DNA from: Eledone cirrhosa
Lineage: Eukaryota
NCBI GenBank assembly: GCA_964016885.1
Contig: CAXHJY010001659.1
Location: 3,257 to 67,256 of the forward strand
DNA length: 64,000 nt
Reading direction: 5' to 3'
Shown: positions 28,645-41,240 of the stretch, one piece after another
Layout of the letters: each line of letters begins with the position of its first letter
Numbering within the stretch: position 1 is the first letter of the stretch
The notes under the pieces: model-generated
What the model saw: only the letters and a program-made list of their open reading frames with translations
Told to the model about the DNA's origin: nothing
Databases searched by the model: none
Position numbers and translations under genes: made by a program

Positions 28645-28742
28645 ATCTATCTATCTCCAACAGGGGCTCAAACATGGTAGACCAGACGGAAAAAAGAAAA
28701 CATATATATATATGTGTTTGTGTGTGTGAGTATTATATATAC

Positions 28743-28805
<63 letters not shown>

Positions 28806-28953
28806 CCTTACACACTTAAATATAAATGCATGTATATATACAAATGTATAAATGCATAGCTATATACATACGTAAATGTATGGTATGTATATATGTATGT
28901 ATGTATGTAGATTTATATATATATATATATTTAATATATTTAATATATAAATG

Positions 28954-28987
<34 letters not shown>

Positions 28988-29222
28988 CATACATATATAC
29001 ATTTATGTATATAGCTATGCATTTATACATTTGTATATATACGAGCATTTATATTTAAGTGTGTAAGGATGTTGACATGATTATTTATGGGTTTTTTAGG
29101 GGGTACGGAGAAAATTTTGTCTCCAGATTATATTACCTAGGGAGATTAAATACTACAGCTCTGGCTGAAAGCTGACCAGGTTCTCAACCTCATCAAACAC
29201 TAACGCAGGCCTGTGTGTGTAT

Positions 29223-29283
<61 letters not shown>

Positions 29284-29749
29284 TGTGTGTGTATGTATTT
29301 ACGTATGCATGATGCATGTGTGTGTATGTTCGTATGTATGTATATGTATACACCCACATCTTTCATCACCATTGCTTCTTTTTGTTGTCATTTCTGTTGA
29401 AGTTGCTCTTGTAACTGTTGTTAAAGTTGACGTCCTTATGTTCATTTTCTTTGATTTCTTTTACTTTTCTTTTATCTCCCTAGGGAATTCGTTGACAAGC
29501 TTCTTTTATTTATTTTCTTCGTTTTCTTCATTCAAATGCATTCACACTGGCTGTCTAAGAGACGTTCAAATATGACTTATAAAACTTACCAAACTAAAGG
29601 GGCTTCCAGCGCCCCAAAGCTTCAAACGCCCCCTTGCTGCCCCTCCCCCCAGGGGGAGGAGTATATTCCCCCCCCCCCGTTGAGAACCTTTGATATAGAC
29701 AGTTATGAAGTTGATGGTTTGGAGGGGATGCGGCAGATGTAAAACCTCC

Positions 29750-29862
29750 AGTATTCCGATGATTTGATCAGAGGTAAACACTGTATTTAAGGTCGAGTGA
29801 CGCAACTTCGAGTGATTAGTGGCCTTTAGACTCACCTGATCAATGAAACAATTGTTAATACT
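29750..29862 (+). ncRNA. Type-I HHR with U4C core and long stem II
   Basis: AGTATT-CCGATGA-tTTGATCAG...CTGATCAAt-GAAA-CAATT-GTT-AATACT. Confidence 0.7.
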
Positions 29863-29935
29863 AGAAATAAAACCTTTCTGTACAGCCGACCATTGAATTC
29901 TTCAATCTTTCACTATATATATATATATATATATA

Positions 29936-30765
29936 TTCCTCACTTTCTGTTGCTTCACCATTTTGTTTGTTTACCCTCGCGTCCCCTTTATTTACGTGTA
30001 CCAACGTCTTTTTTTAGCCGTTGCTCGCACCAACCGGAGGTATATGGTCTTTAAAGCGATGAAATGCCTATGATGGTTGGAAGATCACTGATGAAGGACA
30101 AACTTTTTTCATATGTAACCCATTTGCAACTCCGCAGCGCCCTTATTTTCCTATTTACACATATTTTTTCCTCTGCTGCTACCTGTCTTTTTCGTTCTAC
30201 GTATCTTTACCCTTTCTAGCAGTCTCTCTCTCTATGTTAGCCTCTTCCTCACCCTTCACTCACTCATTCTCTGTTACTACCTCTCCTCCTCCTCTTTCTT
30301 CCCGTTTGACCTGTATGTAATCCTTTTCTCCCGCACGCTGGTCAAGCTGGTATGAATTTTTTCTCTCTCTCGTCTACGATTTCACAGAACTTATGTTTAC
30401 CGAATTCGCAGACCAGACCCCTTCTTCCTCCCGTTAGACCTGTGCGAAATTCCTTCCTTGCTCACATTTCAACCAGGTTTAATGGTCTTTATTCTCTCGT
30501 TCACGATTTCACCGAATTTAAATTCATAGAAATCTGGGACTTGTCTCTTTCTTCCTCACTTTCTGTTGCTTCACCATTTTGTTTGTTTACCCTCGCGTCC
30601 CCTTTATTTACGTGTCCCAACGTCTTTTTTTAGCCGTTGCTCGCACCAACCGGAGGTATATGGTCTTTAAAGCGATGAAATGCCTATGATGGTTGGAAGA
30701 TCACTGATGAAGGACAAACTTTTTCATATGTAACCCATTTGCAACTCCGCAGCGCCCTTATTTTC
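29936..30765. repeat. Partial tandem repeat, period 616 bp
   Basis: 29936-30150 is repeated at 30552-30765. (TA)n flanks. Confidence 0.9.
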
Positions 30766-31569
30766 ATATATATATATATATATATATATGTAAATTTCAT
30801 TGTCTCACAGGTACACATCTTGGAAATATTTTCTCATTTAAATTAAGCTAACCTAGCAAAGCTCTCTCGAACCTGGCATACACGGCAGCTTCTGAAGTTT
30901 GTATTGTAAGTGAATGAAACTAATAAAAGACAAACAAGTTTTAAAAAATAAAGAAAACGGGGGGATTCGAAACTGGAGCAGACTCTACACACCCAGATTA
31001 CATTAAAATATAGATGATGTGATTGAAGTGCATTCAAGCTAGAATCAAGCTTTGTCTAGCCAAAGGCATACACACCCACAGAGAAAAATAGATAGATGAT
31101 TGTTAACGAAAGGTTGAGAGAGAGATATAGAGAGAGAGAGGGGGGGATGCATATATATATATATATATATATATGCTCTCTTACTAAGTAGTTCAGTGGC
31201 TGTGGCCGTCTTGGGGTAGAGGGAGAGAGAGAGAGAGAGATAGGGAGAGAGAGGCGGAGAGGGAGAGAGAGTGGGAGAGAAAGGGGGAGAGAGGGAGTGA
31301 GAGAGAGAAAGGGAGGGAGAATGAAGAATAGAGAGAAACGAGCTAATAAAATGAAACTATTACAGTGGTTCCAAAATTTTTACAATCGTGACCCATTTTT
31401 GATAAACCAATATTCCTGTAACGCACATTTTGTAAAGCATTTAAACAATAAAAAATGAATACCCCCCCCCCCCCCCCGCAAGAAAACGCCCACAATGATC
31501 CGCAAACTTAATAACATTTTAAATCGAAGTAAATGAGATATTACGCATAAATATCTTTAACTTTCATAT

Positions 31570-31621
<52 letters not shown>

Positions 31622-31665
31622 ATATATATACATACATATATATGTATATATATATTTATATAAAT

Positions 31666-31715
<50 letters not shown>

Positions 31716-32598
31716 TTATATATATATATGGTGTATGTGTGTTTGGAATATAACTTAATAAAAGATCTTACATAAAGTTATGATGGATGGCTCAGGGATA
31801 AATATTTCATCCCCTTTAGTTACCACATTTCTAATGTAAAATGCTGTCTATGATTTTCAAAAAAATTTGAAAATTACCGAGCTGGTATTTGGAGCATAAC
31901 TTAACAAATATTCTTACGGAAAAAAATATGATGGAAGATTTTTAGTTTATTACATTTTTCAATAAACAATTTTGTTTTATAAAACCGAGTGTGGTTTCAA
32001 TCAGATTGGTATAAAAAATGTTATTGGATATACTGTCTTTTTTACAGCCACTGTAGCTAATATAAGACGGACAGTATCCTTGTTAAATAGAAATATAAAC
32101 ATTTCATCAATGGTATACGTGTTTTTATGACTTACACTATTTCAAATAGACAGCGAATTGGCAGAGTTATTAGAACGTTGGATAGAATGCTTTGCGGTAT
32201 TCGTTCCGGCTATTTGCTCTCTGGTCAACTTTACCTTACATCCATTCAAGGTCAATAAAAAATGTGCTTGTCTAGTACTAGGGTCGATTCTTCCTCTATA
32301 TCTCTTTTCACTTTCATTCTCTCAATCTTTATCCTTCTTTGGAAAAAATCTACTATATTCAGACTTGGAGAGGAGATGGGTTACGCCAGGTTAAAAAAAA
32401 AGTCCTACAAACACCGTATGTCAATACGATGCCCCTACGACTCTTTCAGGAGTTACGGGTCCATATATAAATATTTCCAATGCTACAATATATGAAACTT
32501 CAATGGTGGTAAATTTTTCTGATAAGCTTCTCCACCGTTAAGCCAAACATATTTTTTCCTTTACCCCTTTTACCTTTTCGTTAAAAAAATTCACATCA

Positions 32599-33267
32599 TC
32601 TCCTTATAATATATAACCAGCAATTTCTCTGTCTGTCTGTCCGACAGTGGAAACACGTGCGCGCGTGCGAATGTTTTTTGCGCACGCGTTGAGAGAGAGT
32701 GAGAGTGAAAGAAAGAGACAGACTACGAGAGGGGGATAGCGGGAGGGAGAGAGGGAGAGAGAGAGAGTTAATAGACGCTAAAACACGTGCGCGCGTGCGA
32801 ATGTTTTTTGCGCACGCGTAGAGAGTGAGAGTGAAAGAAAGAGACAGACTACAAGAGGGGGATAGCGGGAGCGTGAGAGGGGGGAATTGAGGAGTGCTAC
32901 AGAAACATATATACATTTCTGTGTGTGTGTAATATATATATATATATATATACACACACAGAAATATATATACATTTCTGTGTGTGTAATATATATATAT
33001 ATATATATATATGCACAGACATAAGTATATATACATTTCTGTGTGTGTAATATATATATATATAGAGAGAGAGATTACAATAATCAAAGTTCAGTTTAAA
33101 TCATTTATTTGCTTACAATTGTATCCTCTAAACCGAGGTTTGGATTCTTCGGAGCAACTATTTAGTGATCTATAACATACTTGACCTCCTTTTCAACACA
33201 AGAGATATATAAAAACATATGCATATATATATATATATATATACACACACAGAAATATATATATATT

Positions 33268-33302
<35 letters not shown>

Positions 33303-34629
33303 TACACACACAGAAATGTATATATATTTCTGTGTGTATATATATATATATATTACACACACAGAAATGTATATATATATATACACACAGAAATATATAT
33401 ACATCCCTTAGCTACTGTACTGTATCTGTTGCTATCTCTCTCTCTCTCTCCAGCTATCCCTCTCTTTTAGTCTGTCTGTTTCTCTCACTCTCACTCTTTC
33501 TCTTTGTAACACACTAACATTCCTCCCCTCTATCGCTGTGACGAATGGGGAGATGGAGGAGGAGGAGGAGAGAGTCACTTCGTCACTTCACCTCTGCCTT
33601 TCTTTCTCTCCCCTCTCACTCCTTCATTACGTACAGACATTAGGGCGGTGGATTGGCAGAATCTGTAGAGAGTCGGACACCATTCTTCATAGCATGGAGT
33701 TACGTCCCTTTACGGTCTGAGTTCAAATACCCCCGAGGTTAACTTTGCCTTTCATCCTCACGGGGTCGATAAAATAAAGTACCAGTAATGTACTGGGTAA
33801 TAGCTGGCCTTGTGCCAAAAGTAGAAACAATTATTAGAAACATTGCTTCATTCAAAAGTAATTTTTCAATTCCAATTGTTATGAACAGCAAAACATTAAT
33901 AATAATTTTGTTCTAAGAAATATATATACATTTCTGTGTGTGTAATATATATATATACACACAGAAATATATATACGTTTCTGTGTGTGTAATATATATA
34001 TATATACACACACAGAAATATATATACATTTCTGTGTGTGTAATATATATATATACACACAGAAATATATATACATTTCTGTGTGTGTAATATATATATA
34101 TATATATACACACACACAGAAATATATATACATTTCTGTGTGTGTAATATATATACACACACACAGAAATATATGGGTATTTCTCTGTTTGTCTGTCTGT
34201 CTGTCTGTCTGTCCGTCCCTAAAACTCAAATGTAGGTGCTACAGAAATATTACCTTCCCCTTCCTTTCTCCACTTTGGTACTACCAAGAGAAACACTGTT
34301 GCTATAGAAACATTACCTTCCCCTCTCCAGTGACATTGGTCACTGAGGCCGAGGGGATCGCTGGTTGCTATAGAGACACCTTGCACGAGCCAGAAGTAAC
34401 CAGTTCGAGGCGGTTCTGACTTGACACCATGCCAAGGACCATTTGAAGAAGGTTGCTGCTGATGAGGTAATTTATTAATCAGATTGCGCAGTTCCATAAC
34501 CTCAGTCTGGAGCTGCGGGATTTGATTAATACGTTTGATTTGTTCAATTTCTCATCCAAATCTCAACAATATCAGTATATACACTAGATTTGCTAGCAGA
34601 AAACCGCCCACCGGGTGGTTTTCTGCTAG
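32599..34629 (+). mobile_element. Non-autonomous Helitron-like element(s) carrying a minisatellite
   Basis: 5' TC...ataatatata..(CTGT)n start, with a similar start motif at ~34180. 3' GC hairpin ending in CTAG followed by T. Internal ~40-bp repeat. A SINE is inserted at 33643. Confidence 0.55.
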
Positions 34630-35271
34630 TCTATATATATAAAACTGAGGATGTCTGTCTGTGTGTATGTGTGTGTGTGTCTGTGAGTTTGAATCCCTAA
34701 AACTCGAGAAGTGCCCAACCGATGGCTCTCAAACTTTACATGTGTATTACTTATGTTTCAGGGAGTGTTATGCACATAAAAAATTTCACTTTTTGATCCC
34801 CTAGGGCCCGGATTAGGTGAAAAACTGCGTTTTTTCAGCTCTCTAGGGTTTTTTTGAGGCGTTACGCCAGACCGATTTCCTTGAAACTGTAACTATGTAT
34901 TAGTCAGTCTCTTTTTCATACCGTGAGCAAAGAAAATCCAACTTTTTTTATGGCCTAGGTGAAAAACTTCATCTTTTCAGCTTTTTAGGGCTTTTTTGAA
35001 GCGTTACGTCTAGCCGATTTCCCCGAAATTTTAAGGCATATTATGCACATAAAACAATTCATTTTCTTGATCCCCTAGGGCCCGCATTAGTTGAAAACCT
35101 GCATTTTTCCTGCTTCATCGAGGACAATCTTAAAGATTATCCAGCCATCAGAGTATTCGGTTTATTTTCTTTACATATTTGTCCAGGCATGCAGTTTTTC
35201 CACGATTAGGTCTGTTGGCGGTCCGCGTTCCAAAATATCCTATCCCGTGCAACGCCGGGTACCACTGGTAG
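34630..35271 (+). mobile_element. Non-autonomous Helitron-like element
   Basis: Starts TCTATATATATAAAA..GTCTGTCTGT. 3' hairpin CCCGtgcaacgcCGGG is followed ~10 nt later by CTGG/GTAG and then T. Internal duplicated blocks. Confidence 0.7.
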
Positions 35272-38192
35272 TAATCCATAAATTTGTTCTGGTTTGTATT
35301 TAAATACCGTTGCAATTTTGTTTGGTTTAATGATTCATTGGTAAAAACTGACATACACATCATATTACGGCCTTTCTACTCATGAAATGTGTTGCTAGAC
35401 CTTCGTTAGTTCCCCCACCGAGCGTTCCAATTAAACTATTAATGGAACAGCCTGCTCATGAAATTACCGCGTAAGCAACTGAGATGTATCCTTAATGTAA
35501 TTCTCAGAGAGATTCAGCGTAACACATTGTGTGTAAAGGCTGGCTCCTATAGCTACAGGTATGACTCATTTTTGCCAACTGAGTTGATTGCAGCAACACG
35601 AAACCAAACGCAATAACCATGGATGTAAAGCCAAATGTTTTTATTCATCTATTTTCGATTCATCTGTAAAGAAGATATATTTATACTTATAATGCAGACT
35701 TATACACTTAAATCTTCAACCATCCACATATCGTATTATGCCTTTCAATGGTGTTCTTGAGTCTCTCAGCGTTCTTACGTGCTGCAGTAACTACTTTATG
35801 AATCAACGATCTACCGTATGAGAAAACAAACTGGCAGTCGTTAGGTAGTGAGTTAAAATGATTCGTGGAATTTATTTTAACTCCCCACGCTCTCAGCTCA
35901 AATCCTGCCGAGGTCAACTTTGACGGTCAATAAATTAACTACCAGTCCAACGCTATGTTCGATCTTTCCTCTTCCTCATATCTCTTAATTTTTCTTCTCA
36001 TTCTTTCTTGGGTTGATTCCTCCTGTATATCTTTTTTTTTTTACTCTCTTTCTCTTCCACTCTCTCTATCTCCGTTCCCTCTCTCTCTTTCTCTGAAAGT
36101 TATCGGTTATCCCGATGGCACTAAGAGAGGTTAAGGGTTTGTGAACAGCATGTGATCGGCACAGATGGATGGATCTACAGTTTTGTGTTTACTAAAACCC
36201 TGTAAATACTCTTTGTACATGACATTTTTCTTTTTTCTTTTAGTTTTATTTTCAAGGTTCCAATATTTGTGTTTTATCATTGTCATCAATTTTACATCAA
36301 AATGCATTTAAAATATATCGATTTTGTTTTAATGCTTTCAACATCCAAACTTTCGGCAATTAATTTGGTAATTTGTGTGAAAAGTTTGAATTTTACATAA
36401 CGTAATATTAATTCACACGATTTAAGGTTTGATCGCTGACGATATTTCGGTGGGCGGTAGTATAAGTAGAAGTCAGTAAATTGGTAGAGTTGTTAGAACG
36501 TCGGATATAATGCTTTGCTGTATTCCTTCTTGCTCTGAGTGAGTTCCAGTCCTACCAAGGTAAACTTGCCTGTCATGCTTTCTAAGTTGATAAATAAAGC
36601 ACTAATCTAGTACTGCGGTTGAATCTATTTCTCTTTCCCAATTCTCCCCGCCCTCTCTCTCTCTCTCTTTTTTTTTAGAAATCAGCTTTGTACAGCCCAA
36701 GTGTGAAATGGGCTCCGCCAGTCGTAAATGCCCAAGTTTAATTGTCACAAAGGAGCTGCTACAATTCCATTCAGGAATACGTTTATTCTTTTATTCATTT
36801 ACTGGTTTGGTGCTACTTTCCTTCCTATCTCCCTTACACCTGTCTCGGAGGTAATGAAATTGGCCTTGGGCACTGCCCTTCCCTTCCTGATTAAATATAA
36901 AATCATCAACAACAACAACAGAATGTATTTGAAAAAAATATTGTCTTGTATGCCGGCCTCAGTTACATTAGTACTAATGTGTAAACGTAAGTTCTCTGTG
37001 GATAGAAAAGGGATTAGAGATGTGAGCAGGAATGTTGAAGTGTTGGGTTGCAGGTTTCATTTATTTAGGCATCTTCGTGACTTTTTCGTTGACAGAGAGA
37101 AACAAAAAAGAAAAAGAAAAACTGAAACATCATTCGAATAGATGAGGAATATAAAGAAAACAATAAATTAATTAATAAAACAATAAAATTCGACGAAATA
37201 ATTATACCTAGAATTTTAATGTTTTTAATTTTAAAGGAGCTGTCAATAAATTATTTTTCTTTTAAAAAGCCCAGCAAAAACAAAGGAAACAACAATACTT
37301 TTATACAGGACGGCAATCTTTCTGCCATTTTTTCACTTATTTTCCTTTTCTTCTTGAAAAAATAAATATTTTTTCACCAAATTGTATTATGGCTTGGGTC
37401 GTTTAACCGACATCACTTTGGCCGAGTGGACAACACGAAGTTGCTAAAGCTAATAAAAAGTTGTAAGATTTTATCACAGTTTTATTTCAACTCGGAACAT
37501 TTAACATGGCGGTCGAAAAAAGAAAATCTCCTCCATGACATAACCAAGTACGGATGAACCAATCAAACGTCAGCAAGTGTTCAAGTATTTTCTGTTTTTT
37601 TTTAACACTTTTTTTATTTATTCATTTCTTTTCTTGTGTTTGTTGGTAGTTTATGATTTTTTTATGGATGGTGTTGGTGGTGGTATTTTAGCTACCAGAG
37701 TGTCATATCATAAAAATAAATGACACAGAATTTTTATACTCCTCTGATTTTCGTGACAAAATTTTCCCACCTTTCCAAAAAAAAAACAAAACAAGAAAAA
37801 CTGCCTTGCAATAAACAAAACAAAACATAAACTTATGCATTTATGTTATAAAATTTTCGTTTTTTCTTTTCGTTTCAAGGTGAATCTTCAATAACATTGA
37901 GTAAAGGAGGAAAAGATAAGAGAAACCAGAAGACACGAGTGAGAAAGTAAAAGTAGAAAATAAAAAAAAAAACAATAGATTTCGTTTGTCTTGTCGAGAG
38001 TTCTTGGTTTAATTTAAAATTTCAATTTCTATCAGTCTGTAAATTTCCATAAAAGGTAAAGAGAAGGTTCGGCCGAAATCGTAAAACGCTGTCGGAGACC
38101 CGCTTAATGGTTAATGTTTTAAATTACTAATATAACTCTTATGTTTAAAAAAACCTCAACCGTAACATTAAAATATAGTTGACTTTCTTGTT

Positions 38193-38212
38193 GCAGCAGT
38201 AGTAGTAGTAGC

Positions 38213-38277
<65 letters not shown>

Positions 38278-38686
38278 CAGTGTAGTAGTAGTGTAGTAGT
38301 AGTAGTAGTAGTAGTATCAGAAGCAGTAGTAGCAGCAGTCGTAGTAGTATAAGCAGCAGTAGTAGTAGTAATAGTAGCAGCAGTAGTAGTAGTAGCAACA
38401 GCAGCTGTACTAGCAGTAGTAATAGTAGTAGCAGCGGCAACAGTAGTAGTAGTAGTAACAGCAGCAGTAGCAGTAGTAGTAGTATCAGTAGTATTAGTAG
38501 TAGTAGTAGCAGCAGCAACAGTAGTAGTAGTAGTAGCAGCAGCAGCAGTAGTAGTAGTTTTAGTAGTAGCAATGTGGTAGTAGGAAGTAGTAACAGCAGC
38601 AGCAGTAGAAGCAGCAGTCGTAGTAGTAGTAGTAGCAGCAGTAACAGCAGCAGTAGTAGTAACAACAGCAGTAGTAGTAGCAGCAG
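38193..38686. repeat. (AGT)n/(AGC)n trinucleotide microsatellite
   Basis: Direct reading. It explains the poly-Leu ORF. Confidence 0.97.
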
Positions 38687-38941
38687 AGGTAGTTGATGCT
38701 GGTACTGCTACAGTTTAATTAACATCCCTTTATTTCTTGGTGATGCAACACGATGAAATACTGTCGCTGACAATTTAACTACATCACATTACAGTTAATA
38801 ATTATTCCATCGACCTTGGAATGAAACAAAATTAAGTTAACCACTGAAATATTTGACAAGAGTGAGATAAGAATCAATATGGCCGGACGAACGAGAAGGG
38901 GTTATTAAACTAGAGCGGTTTTATTATTGTTTTAGATATTA

Positions 38942-40085
38942 AGGGCGGTGGATTGGGCAGTATCGGTAGAAGGTCGGACGCCATGCTTTGCAGCATAGAG
39001 TTACGGCTCTTTATGATCTAAGTTCAAATTCCGCCTAGGTGGCTTTGCCTTTCATCCTTACGGGGTCGATAAAATAAAGTACCAGTCACGCACTGGGGTC
39101 GATTTAATCGACTTTCCCTCCCCCAAAATTGCTGGCCTTGTGTCTATATAAGAAACCATTATTGTTTTAGTTATTAAAGGCGGTGGATTGGCAGTATCTG
39201 TAGAGGGTCGGACGCCATGCTTTGCAGCATAGAGTTACGCCCCTTTATGATCTGAGTTCAAATCCCTCCGGGGTTGGCTTTGCCTTTTATCCTTACGGGG
39301 TCGATACTGCCAGTTCACCGCCGTCACCACCCTTAATAATGATTTCTAGTATAGGCACAAGGCCAGTAATTTTTTTTTTGGGGGGGGGGGGGAGAGGTGT
39401 CGATTAAATCGACCCCAGTGGTGTCCGACTCTCTACCGATACTGCCAATCCACCGCTCTTGTAATAATAATTATTATTCTCATTGTAAGGGTGGTGAATT
39501 ATCAGGATTGGTAAAGCGTCGGACGCCATGCTTTGCAGCATAGAGTTACGCCCCTTTATGATCTGAGTTCAAATCCAGCCGAGGTTGGTTTTGTCTTTCA
39601 TCCTTACGGGGTCGATAAAATAAAGTACCAATCACGCACTGTGTCGATTTAATCGACTTTCCCTCCCCACAAATAGGCCTTATGCTTATATAAGAAACCA
39701 TCATTTTCATAGTTATTAGGGTCGCTGGATTGGTAGAATCGTTAGATAGTCAGGCAGATGCTTTGTGGTATTTATTACGGCTCTTTACATTCTGAGTCCA
39801 AATTCTGTCGAGGTCAAATTTGTCTCTCATGTTTCAGGTATCGATAAAGTACCAGGCAAGTACTTGGGTTGATTTAAGCGACTTTCCCATCCATCATATG
39901 ACTGACATTTTGCCTAAATTGGAAACAATTTTTAAGTTAAGCGTTCATATCCCAACAGTGTCAACTTTGACCTTTATCCATCTGGGGTTGATAAAATAAA
40001 TAACCAGCTAAGTACTGGGGTCGGTTTGATCGGCTACTCCTCACCCCATCCAAATACTGGTTCGTGCCGAAAGTAGAAATCATTG
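38942..40085 (+). mobile_element. Cluster of at least 5 tRNA-derived SINE copies, one rearranged/inverted
   Basis: Repeated ggcggtggattggcagtatcggtag..gagttcaaatcc (A/B boxes) ..tttgcctttcatcc..gtcgataaaataaagtaccag. Confidence 0.85.
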
Positions 40086-40810
40086 TTATCGTTATTTGTT
40101 CTTTTACGTCTGTTTTTTTTTCATGTTGGCACAGGCAGGAGGTAATTCCAAGCTTGTGTTTCCAGTTAAGTGTTTAAAAGCCATTTAACGTGCAGTCTAC
40201 TTTTTTATTTACTCATTAGCATAATGTATACTTGATCATTTACACTTTAGTGTGCGGTCGACCTTGTCATTTATATTTACTGTGTGGTCTATCTAGCCAT
40301 TCAACTAACAAAAAATGTAATCCTAACTGTAACCCTAACCCAGTCATTACACAACGTAGATTATGATTGCTATAGTATATCGTAATCTAACGTAGAACTT
40401 AATGCTTCTCCTCCATTCCCTGACGCCAGTCCGGCGGCTATTAATCATTTTCAGGTGAGCAAAATGAGGCAACGTAAAATGAAGTGTAACGCTCAATGAC
40501 AACACTTCACCCGGTTTGGAAATCGAACAATAAAACTCATGATCGTGAGTCTCAAATCCCAAAGCCATTAGACTACGTTTTTGCCGTCACCAACAGTCAC
40601 TAGTAAAAATTGGATGCTCGGATTTTTAAATGCTTCAATTCCTCAAGATCTATTAAATCAAACAAGCTTTCGAGGTGAAAAATATAGACTCTGAGACGCT
40701 AAATTCTCTGTCTCAGAAAGTGTTTAACCAACATTAATACACACATACACACTCACGCACGTACGTACACACCCAGGAAGAACCCCGCCCCATAAATATA
40801 TAAGTATATG

Positions 40811-40841
<31 letters not shown>

Positions 40842-41240
40842 GGAAAAAGTATGACCCCGACGACAGAGCTCAAGCCGTTTCGACGGCTATTTCTGGACTA
40901 TTTCCCACTCTACTACCCTAAGTATTGAGTACTCTGATGCGTTATGGTCCATCTGGTTCCTTGCCACAATTCCTTTGTAAATATCTATATCTATCTATCT
41001 ATCTATCTATCTATCTCTCTATCAGTCGTGTGTCACTTCGCGGAGAAGTTTCCGTTAATTTATGTAAGGAAAAAACGTGAGTTTTTAGTTCAATTTTATA
41101 TCATTGTGTAACTTGACCACCCGTCTGGACCTTCAGGTGGTGGGTCAACTCATTTTCGCCCCTTCAGGGGCGGAATATCCATTTAAAAAATTTTTCTCCA
41201 TCGAATCTTGGAAAAAATATTGTAAAATTTTGATTACGTT

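Noticed and set aside
33915-34170. Regularly spaced palindromic repeats superficially like a CRISPR array
   Set aside because: No unique spacers, no cas genes and a eukaryotic context. It is a minisatellite.
36134-36212. Loose hairpin with partial similarity to the miR-10 seed (accctgta, ctgtagatcc)
   Set aside because: The matches are short and split between strands, and the hairpin pairing is poor.
38168-38665. 165-aa poly-Leu ORF
   Set aside because: It is the (AGT/AGC)n microsatellite read on the minus strand.
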